64,000 nucleotides of DNA from NCBI RefSeq assembly GCF_037042905.1, contig NC_087251.1, positions 12,588,001-12,652,000 on the forward strand. Direction: 5' to 3'. Of this stretch, positions 27,552 through 39,911 are shown piece after piece; positions within the stretch are counted from its first letter, which is position 1, and the number at the start of each line of letters is the position of its first letter. Source of the DNA: Lytechinus pictus. Lineage: Eukaryota. The notes under the pieces were generated by a model. The model did no database searches and was not told the DNA's origin. It saw only the letters and a list, made by a program, of their open reading frames with translations. The translations under genes were made by a program, and so were the position numbers.

Positions 27552-30376
27552 TTACATACACAAGCTTGTTCACTGATTCAAGATGGATAATTTTCTGTGA
27601 TTTGCTAACTTTCTGTAATATTTATTTCTATCTACTACAAATCACTATCAAACTAATAAGATACAAAATCATTGGGGGTATTATAACGCACCTTCTAAGT
27701 GGGTTTCCCTGAAATACTGATCATAGCCAATGAATAAGATATAAGAGTGTCAGTAGCTTATGACAGATGTCTTTAAAAAAATTCATCAGTTCATCATTTC
27801 ATCAGTTGCCAGCTAGGTGACCAACATTTCATATTTCATTAGCAGAAAAAGATAAACCCCAAAAAATCAAAACTGGAACCAGACCAAATTAATTAATGTT
27901 CGCAGCAAGAAGTAATCTTCTAAAGAGATAATAAGATTTTCAGGGAAAGGAAATCTCTAATTCACACAAGTAAACATGGATGTGTGTGCATGTGTGCTTT
28001 TCTAAAAGATATACATCGTGTTTGTTGTTGGAAGAGATTAATATTCTTAGAAAAACACACAATAACAAAGAAGAGGAATGGTGATCATATAACACCCCAA
28101 AACACACATCCACTCACAATGCATTCTGCAAGGTTGATGATATATTTCAAAATGGACAAGAAAACTAGAATTACTATTTCACTTTAAGCCATATTATAGA
28201 GATTGAAGAAAGGAGGTCAAATGTAATCATAATATTCTTTGGCAAAGTAAATATGGTTATTTGGTTCCCTATCATTAAACCTGCATGTAAGATTTCAAAA
28301 ATAGATCATCTATACATTGTATTCTCTGTTAAGAATAAGTGAATATTTCAGTAGTTAGTCTCTGGAGCAGATGCACTAACTCTGCATTAACCATCTTAGG
28401 CATTTTGCTGAAAGCTTGTTACTCTTCCCCGAAGAAATCAAAATTTGGAAAGGTCTTGCTCAGTGATAGCCAGTAGACCTACAAACTATCTTCATCAGTT
28501 TCCTCTCATATTTCCTGGAATCATTTTGTTTTGGGGGGAAGCATAGCCACCACTTCCTATATTGAACAAACATCTATAAGGAAAATCAAATTACAAAATG
28601 GAATTTGTAAACAAAGGTAATTATTTTCTGGATATACATATGCAATTACAGTTCAATTTAAAAAAATACAGGTTTGCATATGGCATTTACTGTACGCTGT
28701 TGCAACTAATTCGTTACTAAGTTCATAAATAGACATGCATGCTTTATTGGTGCATTTATCTGTAAATTTGATGGTGATTACTCGAAAGATATGTAGACTC
28801 ATAATTCAACACAAGAGAAAGTGTTTTATTACAATAGGTCTAAATTATTATATTTTCTTTCTGTTTTCCTTCTTTATTATTAGTTGTTGTTTGTTTTTTG
28901 CATTTTGACCATTATCATGTTGATAAAAGCGTACCTCTTTGCTTAATGTCAATTGTGAGAAGTACAGAATGGTGATAAGACTTGTTAATTGCACTACCAA
29001 GAATCATTAACAACTAGTAATGTTGCTCAAGAGATCCTGTCTGGTATACATCTTACTCATCATTACCAGGACCCTGTTCACATTCCCTTTCTTAGACCGG
29101 TCCAGTGGGATAATATGAACATACAGAGCAATCCAGAAAACCAGAAGATGATCGAGTAATGCGGTCCCCTAGATCGCTTAACTTTAAAGAACGATTCAGA
29201 ATGTAATGAGGACAGAAATTGTTCAAACAGGTGATTTCCACCTACAGTAGTATTAAAGTGTGTAATGTGGACATTTGTAAGTGTAAAGGGACATAGCCAT
29301 GATAAATATTTAGGTCTTAAAATTTCACAAAAATGTTTGTCCTCATTGTATATTAAGTGTTTTTTTAATAAAAGTGTTCCAATAGCAACAAGAGTGATAT
29401 AGCTTGATTTTGTCATGAAAAGAAACAAAGTATAACCCTGGACTGGTTTAGTGGGTCAGTCCTTAGTCAAGGATAGCAATCGAGAACAGGGTATTTTCAT
29501 TGTAAAAGTGTAAACAAGAAGAGCCCGCATATAACATGATAAATTCCCTGCAATTCCAGGATGTGGCTATCCAGGACAAAAGATATCTGCGGAAACTTTC
29601 AAGTGAACGCACTTACATAGTGGTCAATTACAGAGGATCTCTTACTTTAATTAGTTTAACAGTCCTATCATCGGGATTTAAGGGAGATAATTGCACATCA
29701 TTATAATTTTGTATACAAATAATTACTTGTGTATTTTCAATATCATTATTGTTCACAGATCTTCATGTGCCTTCGCTCAAAACAAAATTTGTTTTGTTCC
29801 TCTACTTGGGATTATGGTTTTGTTGGGGAGCATTCAATATCACTGATATGAAATGAGCTGGTACTAACATAGCTTATTAAAAAATATATATATTTGACTT
29901 ACATTGTAATTACTTGTTTCTTTATGTTCTCTCTCCCCCCCCCCCTTCTCCCCACCCCATCTCTCTTTTTTTTTCTCTCTCACTCCCTACCCCCCCCCCC
30001 CCCTTCACACACAATAAATCAATGCCCCCTACCAATTCCCAATCACTGTACCTAGGGCTGGCCAACATATGAAGCTGTAATCATCACATCTTTAGCATCT
30101 GTAACACTGATTACTGATCATTATCATTCTAAATTTTTGTCTGGTGATGATGGCCTGGTTTGATCAAGGCACACCACCAATGACTACGCTCCAGAGAGCC
30201 CTTTGTATCGAGATGACAGCTTTGATAATAATTACTATCAATCTCCAGATGAATTTGGCATGTGGAAAAAGTACATGTAATCAATCACAAAACTGTATGT
30301 TGCACATCTGAAAATGTGTGAATAGCCACTGTGCACCCTGGTCTGAAGTTGTGAAAATGTATTTTATCTAGAAATT

Positions 30377-30548
30377 CTGGAGGGTGTTTCATAAAGCTGT
30401 TCGTAAGTTAAGAGCGACTTTAAGAATGACTGGCGATCCTTTCTTGTGGTATTGGTATATTCATTGGCAATGGTTAAGCGCGTAAGAAAGGTTCACCAGT
30501 CATTCTTTAAGTATTAACTTATCAACAGCTTTATGAAACAGCCCCCAG
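30377..30548. mobile_element. Foldback MITE (~170 bp)
   Basis: The left arm CTGGAGGGTGTTTCATAAAGCTGTTCGTAAGTTAA..GAATGACTGGCGATCCTTTCTT pairs with the right arm AAGAAAGGTTCACCAGTCATTC..ACAGCTTTATGAAACAGCCCCCAG. Arms are ~65-70 bp with a short spacer. Confidence 0.85.
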
Positions 30549-33370
30549 GTCTCATCTTTATCCCTCAAAGGAAGATGGAAGCTATAGCCGCTATCTTCTA
30601 TTTTTTCTATGAATTACAAGAAGAAAAAAAAATCTAGAATCTTCCTTCCTGTTCATTGTAAAGTGTATGCAGAGAGTATGGTGTATGTCAGTCTAAAAAA
30701 TGAAATGGCTTTGATTGTTGAGTCACTTGCTTTGGTGCGAATGTAAGTTAAAAGGGGCTTACCAATACAAGCTCTGCTTTTTCATTAGTCCTTAATTTTC
30801 ATTTTCATGTTATGCAGATTATTTGAAAAAGTTAAAGAAAACATGAACTCAAATGAACTGAAAAATTCAAGTGCGAGACATGATGATGTAAACCCTGTGT
30901 GGAGATATACCCTTCCGCCTCCACCCTCATGATTTCTCATGATGACACTAACCCCTAACCCCTTCTTGCTCCATGCCGATGATGAGTATGTGATAGCTTG
31001 CAATATGATATTGGCTTGAGGAACTTACGACACTGAATCAATACCGATACAAGATGCCTCCAAAACAAAAACATGGAGACATTATTCTTCAAAAGATTAT
31101 CATCTTGCAATCCAAGCTAGCATCCACAAGGAACAAGTAATATCAAAACTACAAACCATCCAACATCAATATCAGATATCTCTCTCAGATATATGATTTC
31201 ATATTCTTTATTCATATTAGATCTTTTCACATGAAGAAGTTTAGTGTTAGGGTAAAAGCAATGGAACAGTCCTGTTTTATAGCACTATTACCACTCAGGA
31301 CCTTTTCTTTTCTAATCATCCCAATTTTTCATTGACAAAACAATAGGGGGCAGAAAAGCTGCCCTAAAATGCTGCAAGTGATGGATACAACATTAAGTAA
31401 ACAAAATTTAGAGTAGTCATGTACAGTATAAACTATAAACATAAAATAATTATGCAGAGCAATTATCATGATACTTTGTTTGTCTGAATATTGTTAACAA
31501 TGACGGTGATGAGAAATTCGACAACATAAATGTCAGCTAATTGTTTCAGCAGATACAACTCGAAACTTGAGTGTGACTGTGAACTATAAATGTGTAAATT
31601 GTTTACGATACTACAACATGTAATACCATTACTCTGCATAGGTGGAGTTTACTCTTAATGCAAGCAATTGTTTATAAATGGTTAGCTTCCAGAGAGTTGG
31701 TTTGAAAGGCTCTGCCAACAGGACACATGTTAAACTGTAATGGTACCAAAGAAAAGATGAATATTTCATAAAAGCTCTGCTCTGGTATGAATGCTGCATC
31801 ATAATAAGAAATAATCTATATTGGCATACAAGATCATGTAAAAGCTCCCCCATTCACCTTGCTTAAAAGGCTATTTTAAATGACAAAATGATTCTGATAA
31901 TGCACATTGCAGTATACTTACATTGTAGCCCCTAGGGAACAAATCCATCAACATGAAACAAAATATTTATCTTGATCTTGAGATAAATATCAAATGATGC
32001 GAAGTCAGGGATAAAAATCTACTAATCAAAATTGCTCTTGTAAAAGTGATTTGTTGTCTCTAATACTATTCTCAATGAACTAAACCCAAATCAACCTTGA
32101 AAAAAAGAAAAATATTACATGTGTATCCAGAATATTGCAAATTTAATTTCCAAGCAAATGTTGCAATTATTACATGACACATTCTGAAAAGAAATTATCG
32201 AAAATGATAAGATCAGCTAATTGTAACTGTTATTCTAGTCACAGTTGAGCATTTGTTTAAGTTGCATTTTACTAGAATATTGAAATATATTAGTTGCCCA
32301 CTTGCCCCAGTTGACCAATATAATCTAGCCATTTTGACATTTTCTAAAAGTGTGTTCTGGAAATCTCTAGTTACATTCATGAATACTTCCCCTCGATTAA
32401 GACTTTATATATCTACCTAAAGAAGTCTTTAATACCTCTCTGATTTTCCATTCAATTTATTTTCATATTTTATCAAGTCTGAAAACAAAATTAGGAGCTT
32501 GTGATACCTATCAGAATAGAAGTGGATGATTTGTATTCAAGACCTTGCTGTAAAGAGTTAAATTCTCCTGCTTACCTTATTTCCTTTGATTTTGTTTCGA
32601 TTCAATTTGGAAATTCCATTACTGAATTTTAATGTAAATGGATACAGCAGCATTCATCAAAGTAAAAAAAAAAACACAATTCATAACATAAATCAAATAA
32701 AGTAGCCCCAAATTTACCATGAATCTGACAGGCAATGTTTTATTTAAACTACAATCTACCCATGTTCCGATCTGATGACCAACATGGCCTGATGAAATGA
32801 AAACCATCTTGAAAGAGAAAGAGGTATCCATAAGACGCCTGTGTATCTAATTCAAACTACTATCATTAATCTCCTACTCCTATACCCACTCACTTGCTGG
32901 AGTTGACATCATAAACATGTATGGATCACAATGGATCCCTCACACAGCATATACCATCAAAAAGCTCTAATTTGTTAGCCATGAATTTGGTTCAGAATCA
33001 GTCTTAATCATCTTTCAGCTCTAATGGAGGTTGGTATATGGCTAACCATTGTCAAAGAAAAAGCATTCATACAGATATCTCGAAGACGACTGTCATTGTT
33101 AATCTTGAAAAGCTGGTGACTCATACCGCAAATGACAGCAACTGCAGATATTATTGGTGGCAATTATCAGATGTAGCCCTTATTTGATATGTGATATCTT
33201 GCCTTCATTAGTTCATTGATAGATGGAAATTTCTGAACGTTCTTTATTATTTGCTCATCTTGATATTAAAGAAAAAAGTGCATTTGTGAAATTGTTGTTA
33301 AACTTGTTATTAAGCCAAAAGCTGCCAAGCAACATAAATAAAGTACATTCCTTTCAAATAAAATTATTCT

Positions 33371-33443
33371 AAAGTCAAAAAGGGGCCTAAGCTTTCGATC
33401 CTAGCAGAATCTTCTTCGGAGGCAAAATGACCTTAATAATAAT
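33371..33443 (-). mobile_element. 73-bp insertion with 15-bp target-site duplication, Penelope-like terminal-repeat fragment
   Basis: AAATAAAATTATTCT is repeated directly at 33356-33370 and 33444-33458. The insert contains a hammerhead-like fold. Confidence 0.7.
33385..33423 (-). ncRNA. Minimal type I hammerhead ribozyme-like motif (variant core)
   Basis: The minus strand reads GCCU-CCGAAGAA-GAUUCU-GCU-AGGAUC-GAAA-GCUU-AGGC. Helix I is GCCU/AGGC, helix II is GAUUCU/AGGAUC, followed by GAAA and a palindromic AAGCUU helix III region. The core differs from CUGANGA by a U-to-C change and an extra A. Confidence 0.6.
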
Positions 33444-36400
33444 AAATAAAATTATTCTTAATGTAAGGAGTGTGCAGAAAATATTTAACCTTGCATTCTT
33501 TTGTTTCTTTTGCATTTTTCTCACACAATATTAAAAGTACTACCCTTTGTACACAATTTTACCCATTTATTATAATGACAAAAATCAATTAAGACACTTA
33601 TCTGTTTGTAGAAAAACTGCCAAAACATTGGCTGCACATTTTTGTCGAATGTGGTTTATTTGTAGATGGAATTTGTTAAAACATTACCACATTTAGATTA
33701 TATTTCATCTAGCATATTTTCAATTTGCCTCAGCAGATCGAAAGGTTTAAAGTGAACAATGAAGATAGTCAGTTTTTATTATCTTTTACTATCATTTTAC
33801 GATCACGTTGATTACACCCACAACTTTTTTGTGTACTTACCCCCTGATGTCCACACAATGATTATGCATGTATAACCACATACTGTACATAAATTTGTAG
33901 CTGAGCAAGTCCACACAAGGTCATATTCTATTGATTAAATAGTGCCACAAGCAACACCTTCGGGGACATCATTCATAAAATGTGTGTAGGCGTGAGTGTC
34001 CTTTACCTCATATTAACCATTTCATTCTAGATCATGACTGGATGAGTTGGAGAAAAAAACACACTCTAATTTCTACCAAATAGATTGATGGAAATAATCA
34101 ACCAAAAAGGAGACAAAGTGGAAATACCTAAATACTTATCAAAATTTAATGAAATGTAAGTTTTTATTTGTTATAAATCTTGATTTTTTTTTCGTAATAT
34201 CTAAGTCACTTTTATTTCAGAAAAAAATATGAAAAATGTACATTGACCCAGATCCTCTGATAGTGAATTTATTTCATTCCCTGGCTATCAGTATGGTCAC
34301 ACAAATAAAACAGATGCAAATAAAAACAAATGATTTAATCAATTCAAAGTAAAATAATTACAATTCCACAGTGCCAGTAAAACACAATCTACATCATCAA
34401 GGGAGAAGGGGATTTTTTAAAGTGAGAAAACTGGTTCTTGTGGTCAAGGAGTTTGGAGGAGAAAGAAAGCGTAATCTCAATTTAACACCCACCTAATCAC
34501 AAAAATATGCTAGGTATTTCGCTAACTGACCAGTGTGAAAACAGAATACCCACATTACCTCTGAAAGAAAACACAAACAAATAAGTACATACCTTTTTCA
34601 AAATTAAACAGAATTTTCGCAAAGATTACACCAAGGTCGCTGTGATATTAGCCGTGTGAAAGCACACTAAAAGAACTTTTGACATGAGCTTCCTTGGCCT
34701 TGCAAGTCTTGTAGCACACAACCTTAAGAACTTTATCAGGTTCAGCCAGAAGTAATTAGACAGAGTATATTACCAAGTGCTTTGAGGCATGAACAAATTC
34801 TGATGATTTCTAGATATTTCATGATCAGGAAGATGTGAACATACTACAAGAAAGAAAGAGTAATCTCTATCAAACCCCATCAACAAATGCAAGGGACGTC
34901 GAAGTGTGTCAAGTGGATCGGTAAACATGTGGACAGACACCTGACTCTCTTCTTTTGCCTATTTGAAAAACATTAGATTATCCACCCAGGACCCTTTTCT
35001 GTGTTTTCATGGAATGGAGGTTATATTTCCTTTCAATAGACAACATGTTAAAGGGTTTCTGAATGTTTTATATTCTTATAGTCATTTAGGGGAAAAAAGA
35101 GTTTATTTTAATTTTTTTCAAGCATATAATGGGAACATTTAGATATCAATTAAAGTCTAGCCAATTTATAATGTCTCGTATCAACAACAGATAGCATTAG
35201 CTTTGAAATTAAATGTCAGTTAAACGAAAATCCTTGATTTCCCCAAAACATATTCTAAATAAAATACACCAATACTGATTTTTCAACAAAATGCGGCTTT
35301 AACTAAGGGAAGGAAGAAAATGTGAAATCCACAAGCACAATGTCAAAACTTCTGATAAGATAATGATATGACTACTGCATTTTTGTGATTCCCATCGGTT
35401 TTGTACAGGGACCATCTAATTCCAACAAACGATGGGTTAAATACATTTGTGATTTTGGAACTAGAATTGTACAAACATAAATTAAACTTCATTATTAATT
35501 GAAAAGAGCTTCTGGGTATATTCAAAGATAAAATAAAGTTAGAACACAGTATTCACAAATATAAAGGTTTGTTTGGAGGAGGCAGTTTTTAAACATGTAA
35601 ATAGAATTGAAATAAAGGCAAATTTACAAAGAAGAAAACACACCACACAACTCATTAAAACTACAGCAGCTTATGTTTTCTTTAAATGGAACCAAAAGCT
35701 GCATTGATCTCCCATGAGCCCCACCTATCTATTTTGATGTAGTTAGAAAGAGTGTAAATCACCAGCTAAAGCCTGGAGATTGAGAGAGATTTTGGCGAGA
35801 TTTATATGATTGCAGGTGGATAAGTGCAAAGGAAATTCTCAGCTAGGGAGCTCTAACCGCAAGTAACTACATGTAAATTAGGCAAAATGCACTGAAAGTG
35901 TGTTTTCTTTGTCAAACAATCCAAGAATGGAGTAGTTTGATGATGATGATGTTGAGAATATGTTACCTGCTTTCAATTTGAAGCTGATATCAAACAAGAT
36001 TAGAATAAGAATAATAAACTTTCTAACAGCTCCCATATTAGATGCTGATGGAAAAAGCAAAATTTCCAAAGCCTTTTTAATAAAGAAACACTGGTTTTTA
36101 TAAATATGTAAATAAACATTTGAACTGTCAACCTAACTTCTGAAGGAAATGCATTTTCTAGAAGTTATAGGTGATTATAACACTTGGAATTTAAAATCTG
36201 CATTGTCATTGGGATAGAAAACAAGGTTATATAGTGCACAATTATAGGGTTACACATTTTTAACTGCATATTTTCAATGAGAAATTCACACACAAAATTC
36301 AATGATGAAATTCATAAAAATATGAAAATCAGAACTTAAATCCCCCTGCAAGCAATGTAAAAAGTGTCAAAATGAGGCCAAGTTGAAGGAGCACCACAGA

Positions 36401-37170
36401 AAAGTGCAAGAGCTGACGAATGAAGAGCGGCCACACAATGTAGGTGACGGAAACGACTCCCAATCATCCCTGACTTGTGAAATTAGTCTCCTGTCAGGTG
36501 GTCCTTGAATGTGTTCGGAGGAAAGGGAAATCAAATCTACCATTTTGACAACTTCACATCTCCTCAAGATGAGCATCATGGTTCGAGCTTTCTTTAAAGT
36601 AATCGGTTAACATTTTTTGCTTTAAAAGGATTCATTCAGATAAATGATTGAGGTAATGTATGCTGTGGTTTGAACATACCAATCTGAAAGTCTCATGCTA
36701 AATATCCATAATTATTACATTAAAAAAAGTGTTACAGCGATGCATAAAAAATGCATATTTTGGTTTTCATCGATTGCCAATTCAAAAGAGAGCATTTTGA
36801 ACAAAGCACCAAAATCTGATGAATATCCAATAGACTACTGTACAAAACTTGCTGTTTAATATGAGACTATATTGAACAGTCTAATGGGCATGCGCGAATG
36901 TGCAAAAAATAAAGTGTACACTAATGAAACTTAATGACAACATAATGAATTACATGTAAGTCGCATTTCTATGATCTAATTTGATCTTATAAAGCCATTT
37001 AACTGATTGTGGTAAGTGACATGACTTGCTCAATCAAAATGTTTCCTTTTTTGGAGGAGGGTGAGATAGATACTGTAATGATAATGATATTTGATGGCTT
37101 TATTTCGTGGATTAGAAATATTCCACTCATTAGGGCCAATATTCCAATCATCTGCAATTCGTCAAATCAT

Positions 37171-37828
37171 CAGTGATTTTACAAACCGGCTCAAACCTAA
37201 TTTTTGGTCAAATTTTCGAAATTTATTTTTTTGCATATCCTGAAATACTGTGATTCACTCTAATGATTTGCCAAATTTCTGATCAAAATTTGTATCATTT
37301 TAAATTGAAGGCATATTTAATTTTTTTCAAAACTGGCTCAAACCATTCTTTATGTACTAAAAGTCTCTAGAATGGCGCGTGCAGGTGAAAGACCTGACCT
37401 AGATTCTGCGCATATGTGACACGTATGCGGTTTGCGCAGGGTTTGTGCCTCTAAAAAAACATGCATATGGCATGAATGATTTTACAAACTGGCTCAAACT
37501 GTGGATTGTGCAGCTAAAAAACACTGCGCATGGTGTGCGTGATTTTAGGAACTGGCTCAAACCCTGTTTTGGGTGAAAATTAGCAGCTTCTGAAATGCAT
37601 ACATGAGCTTCATTTCAAATATTGAAAGAATGAATACGAATTGCAGACAAAATTTTACAAAAGAATAGAATGTACATGTATGCTTTAAATTGGTATAAAT
37701 AATTGATCTGGTTTCTTTCAAAGCGCGATGTTATGAGCGTCTGAAAAACATCTAAATTTTGAATGCGATTATCCCAAAATCATGTTTTGGAGACCAGCTG
37801 AGGTTTGAGCCAGTTCGTAAAATCACTG
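37171..37828. mobile_element. MITE with 28-bp TIRs and internal TIR-motif copies; superfamily unassigned
   Basis: CAGTGATTTTACAAACCGGCTCAAACCT and AGGTTTGAGCCAGTTCGTAAAATCACTG match at 26/28 positions. Internal AACTGGCTCAAAC copies lie near 37331, 37487 and 37550. No clear TSD. Confidence 0.85.
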
Positions 37829-39385
37829 ACAAAATAATGGCCCTAACTCTTGGAATATATCTGACATTCCATTCTGGGCCATCCAGTATAATACAATTAC
37901 TCATTTCCAAAACTCATTTCCAGAATTTTAGCAAATTCTCACGGCATGAGTTGTGTGGGCATGATAAAGTCAATAGTACAAAGGGATCAAACTATTTTAA
38001 TCTAATGCAATGTTTCATCAAACATTCTATTTAAAAAAAAAAAAAAAAAAACCTCCCCGTACGATCCTCATGATGTCTTAGGCTGAGAAAATAAATAGCG
38101 TCAGAGGCATCCCCTCAAAGGCAGAAGGTTTGAATAATTTTTAGCCAGAGGCTATCAGACAGGACCCATGCCGATGCTGTCCTCACCAAAAGTGCATTTC
38201 AACAAGTTTTTGCCTCCTGGTCACGTAATGAGCCATTGGCGAGAAATCTTGCGTTGACCTTCTTCACAGGAAGTGCGTAAATGCTAGCCACCGAATTGGT
38301 CTGGCCAGCGTAATCTGACCACCAAGAAAAAGTGGAGAAAAAAAGTTGCCTCAGGCATTTGCAGCCCCCACATGAATGAATGTTCCAAACTTATCAGGAG
38401 GGGAGATTATAAGCATTTCTACAATTGTTAACAATTATAAGTTTTGTACTTATTTTCAATTCCATTCAATACCTTAACTCTAGAAACTGTGTCATTGCAT
38501 AAAACTTCTTTTTTTTTATTATTATCAATATTTATATGTATATATTTTTTCTAATGATGTTATGATTAATTGTAAATAGTTTAATTATGTTTGATTTGTT
38601 TTTTTTTATACTTGGTCTGTGTTGACCCAATAAAACATATAAATACAAAAAAGAAAGTGGTCATACTTAGTCAATTAAGTTCTGAAATTTATCAACCCAT
38701 CCTTGGCAGCAACTGATTCCTTCTATCTCAAATAATTGAAGAAATGTTGCAACTCATAACAAAAGCAAGTCCTTATAAGTAATTTCCTCCTATGAAGTTA
38801 TCTAACCAGCTCGACATGGTAAACATCTTGAATCAATAAGTGTGAGAACCCTAGATGATTTATTCTGATAATGTATATTGAAAACCAAAGTAATAATAAT
38901 AAATCCATTCATCATAAAACAAAATTTAGCATTATATTCCAAGCATTTTCACGTCTACATCCAATTAGGCTTGAACGCCAGGTTCACAATAATTAATGAA
39001 ATGACGTCAAAATCTAATTAATGAGTTGGAAACTGCATATCGAGTGACCTCAGCTATACAACACTTCGCAATTTGCTCATCTAACATTTTACATAACTTT
39101 TAATAAATCAAATCCTTAAATTGGCAGCAGCTGATGTTCAAATTTGATTACCTTTATCCCTGAGAGGAGATGTTAATTGGAAGATACAACTTAATAAGCT
39201 TCAACTCCAGACGAGTGTTCCTTGAGGTCGTCATTTTCATGCCCGTTGAAGAAATGTCGTACTTTCGGCATTACCGGTCTTCGTTTTATGCACAGGTGGG
39301 TTATTTCATGGAAATAAAAAGGACTATAGGATAGTGATGCAAGAAAATGTCTGCATCATTAAATAAAAGTCAAGGGACAGCTTAA

Positions 39386-39911
39386 AGGGGAAGTTCACCC
39401 TGACGAAAAGTTTACGGTAAAAATAGCAGAAAAATAATTCAAAATATTGCTGAAGGTTTGAGAAAACTCCATCAAAGAATAAAAAAGTTATCAGAATTTT
39501 AATTATTTGATTTGTGATGTCATATGCGAGCAACTTTCCTACATATTGTATGGTAAAAAATAAATGAAATGTCATTTACTCAGAAAATTGTAAAATAGTT
39601 TTTACTGTAACTTCAATATATCAATAGACAAATCATTTCACACCCGTTCCTAAAAAGAAAACAAAAATAAGTCATCACAACCCATTACAAATATAAATCT
39701 AAGTCATCAAGAACAATTAAAACTTGAAATTTATGCATTTTATGTTACATAACATATGGGGGGCAGCTGCTTATTTATGACATCACAAAACCAAACAGTT
39801 TAAATTCTAATAAATTTCTTAATTAATGGATTTTCCTCAAACCTTCAGCAATATTGTCTTTTATTTTTTCTGCTATTTCTACAACAAACTTTCTTCAGGG
39901 TGAATTCCCCT
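39386..39911. mobile_element. Kolobok-like MITE with long TIRs
   Basis: TTAA flanks (39382-39385, 39912-39915) and termini AGGGGAAGTTCACCCTGA / TCAGGGTGAATTCCCCT. Inverted similarity continues for roughly 160 bp, e.g. AATATTGCTGAAGGTTTGAG / CTCAAACCTTCAGCAATATT. Confidence 0.85.

Noticed and set aside
34555..34590. Strong minus-strand acceptor followed closely by GTAATG (possible recursive splice site or micro-exon)
   Set aside because: The spacing is CAG-AG-GT rather than YAG|GT, and the site lies among TGTGAAA motifs that suggest a decayed MITE.
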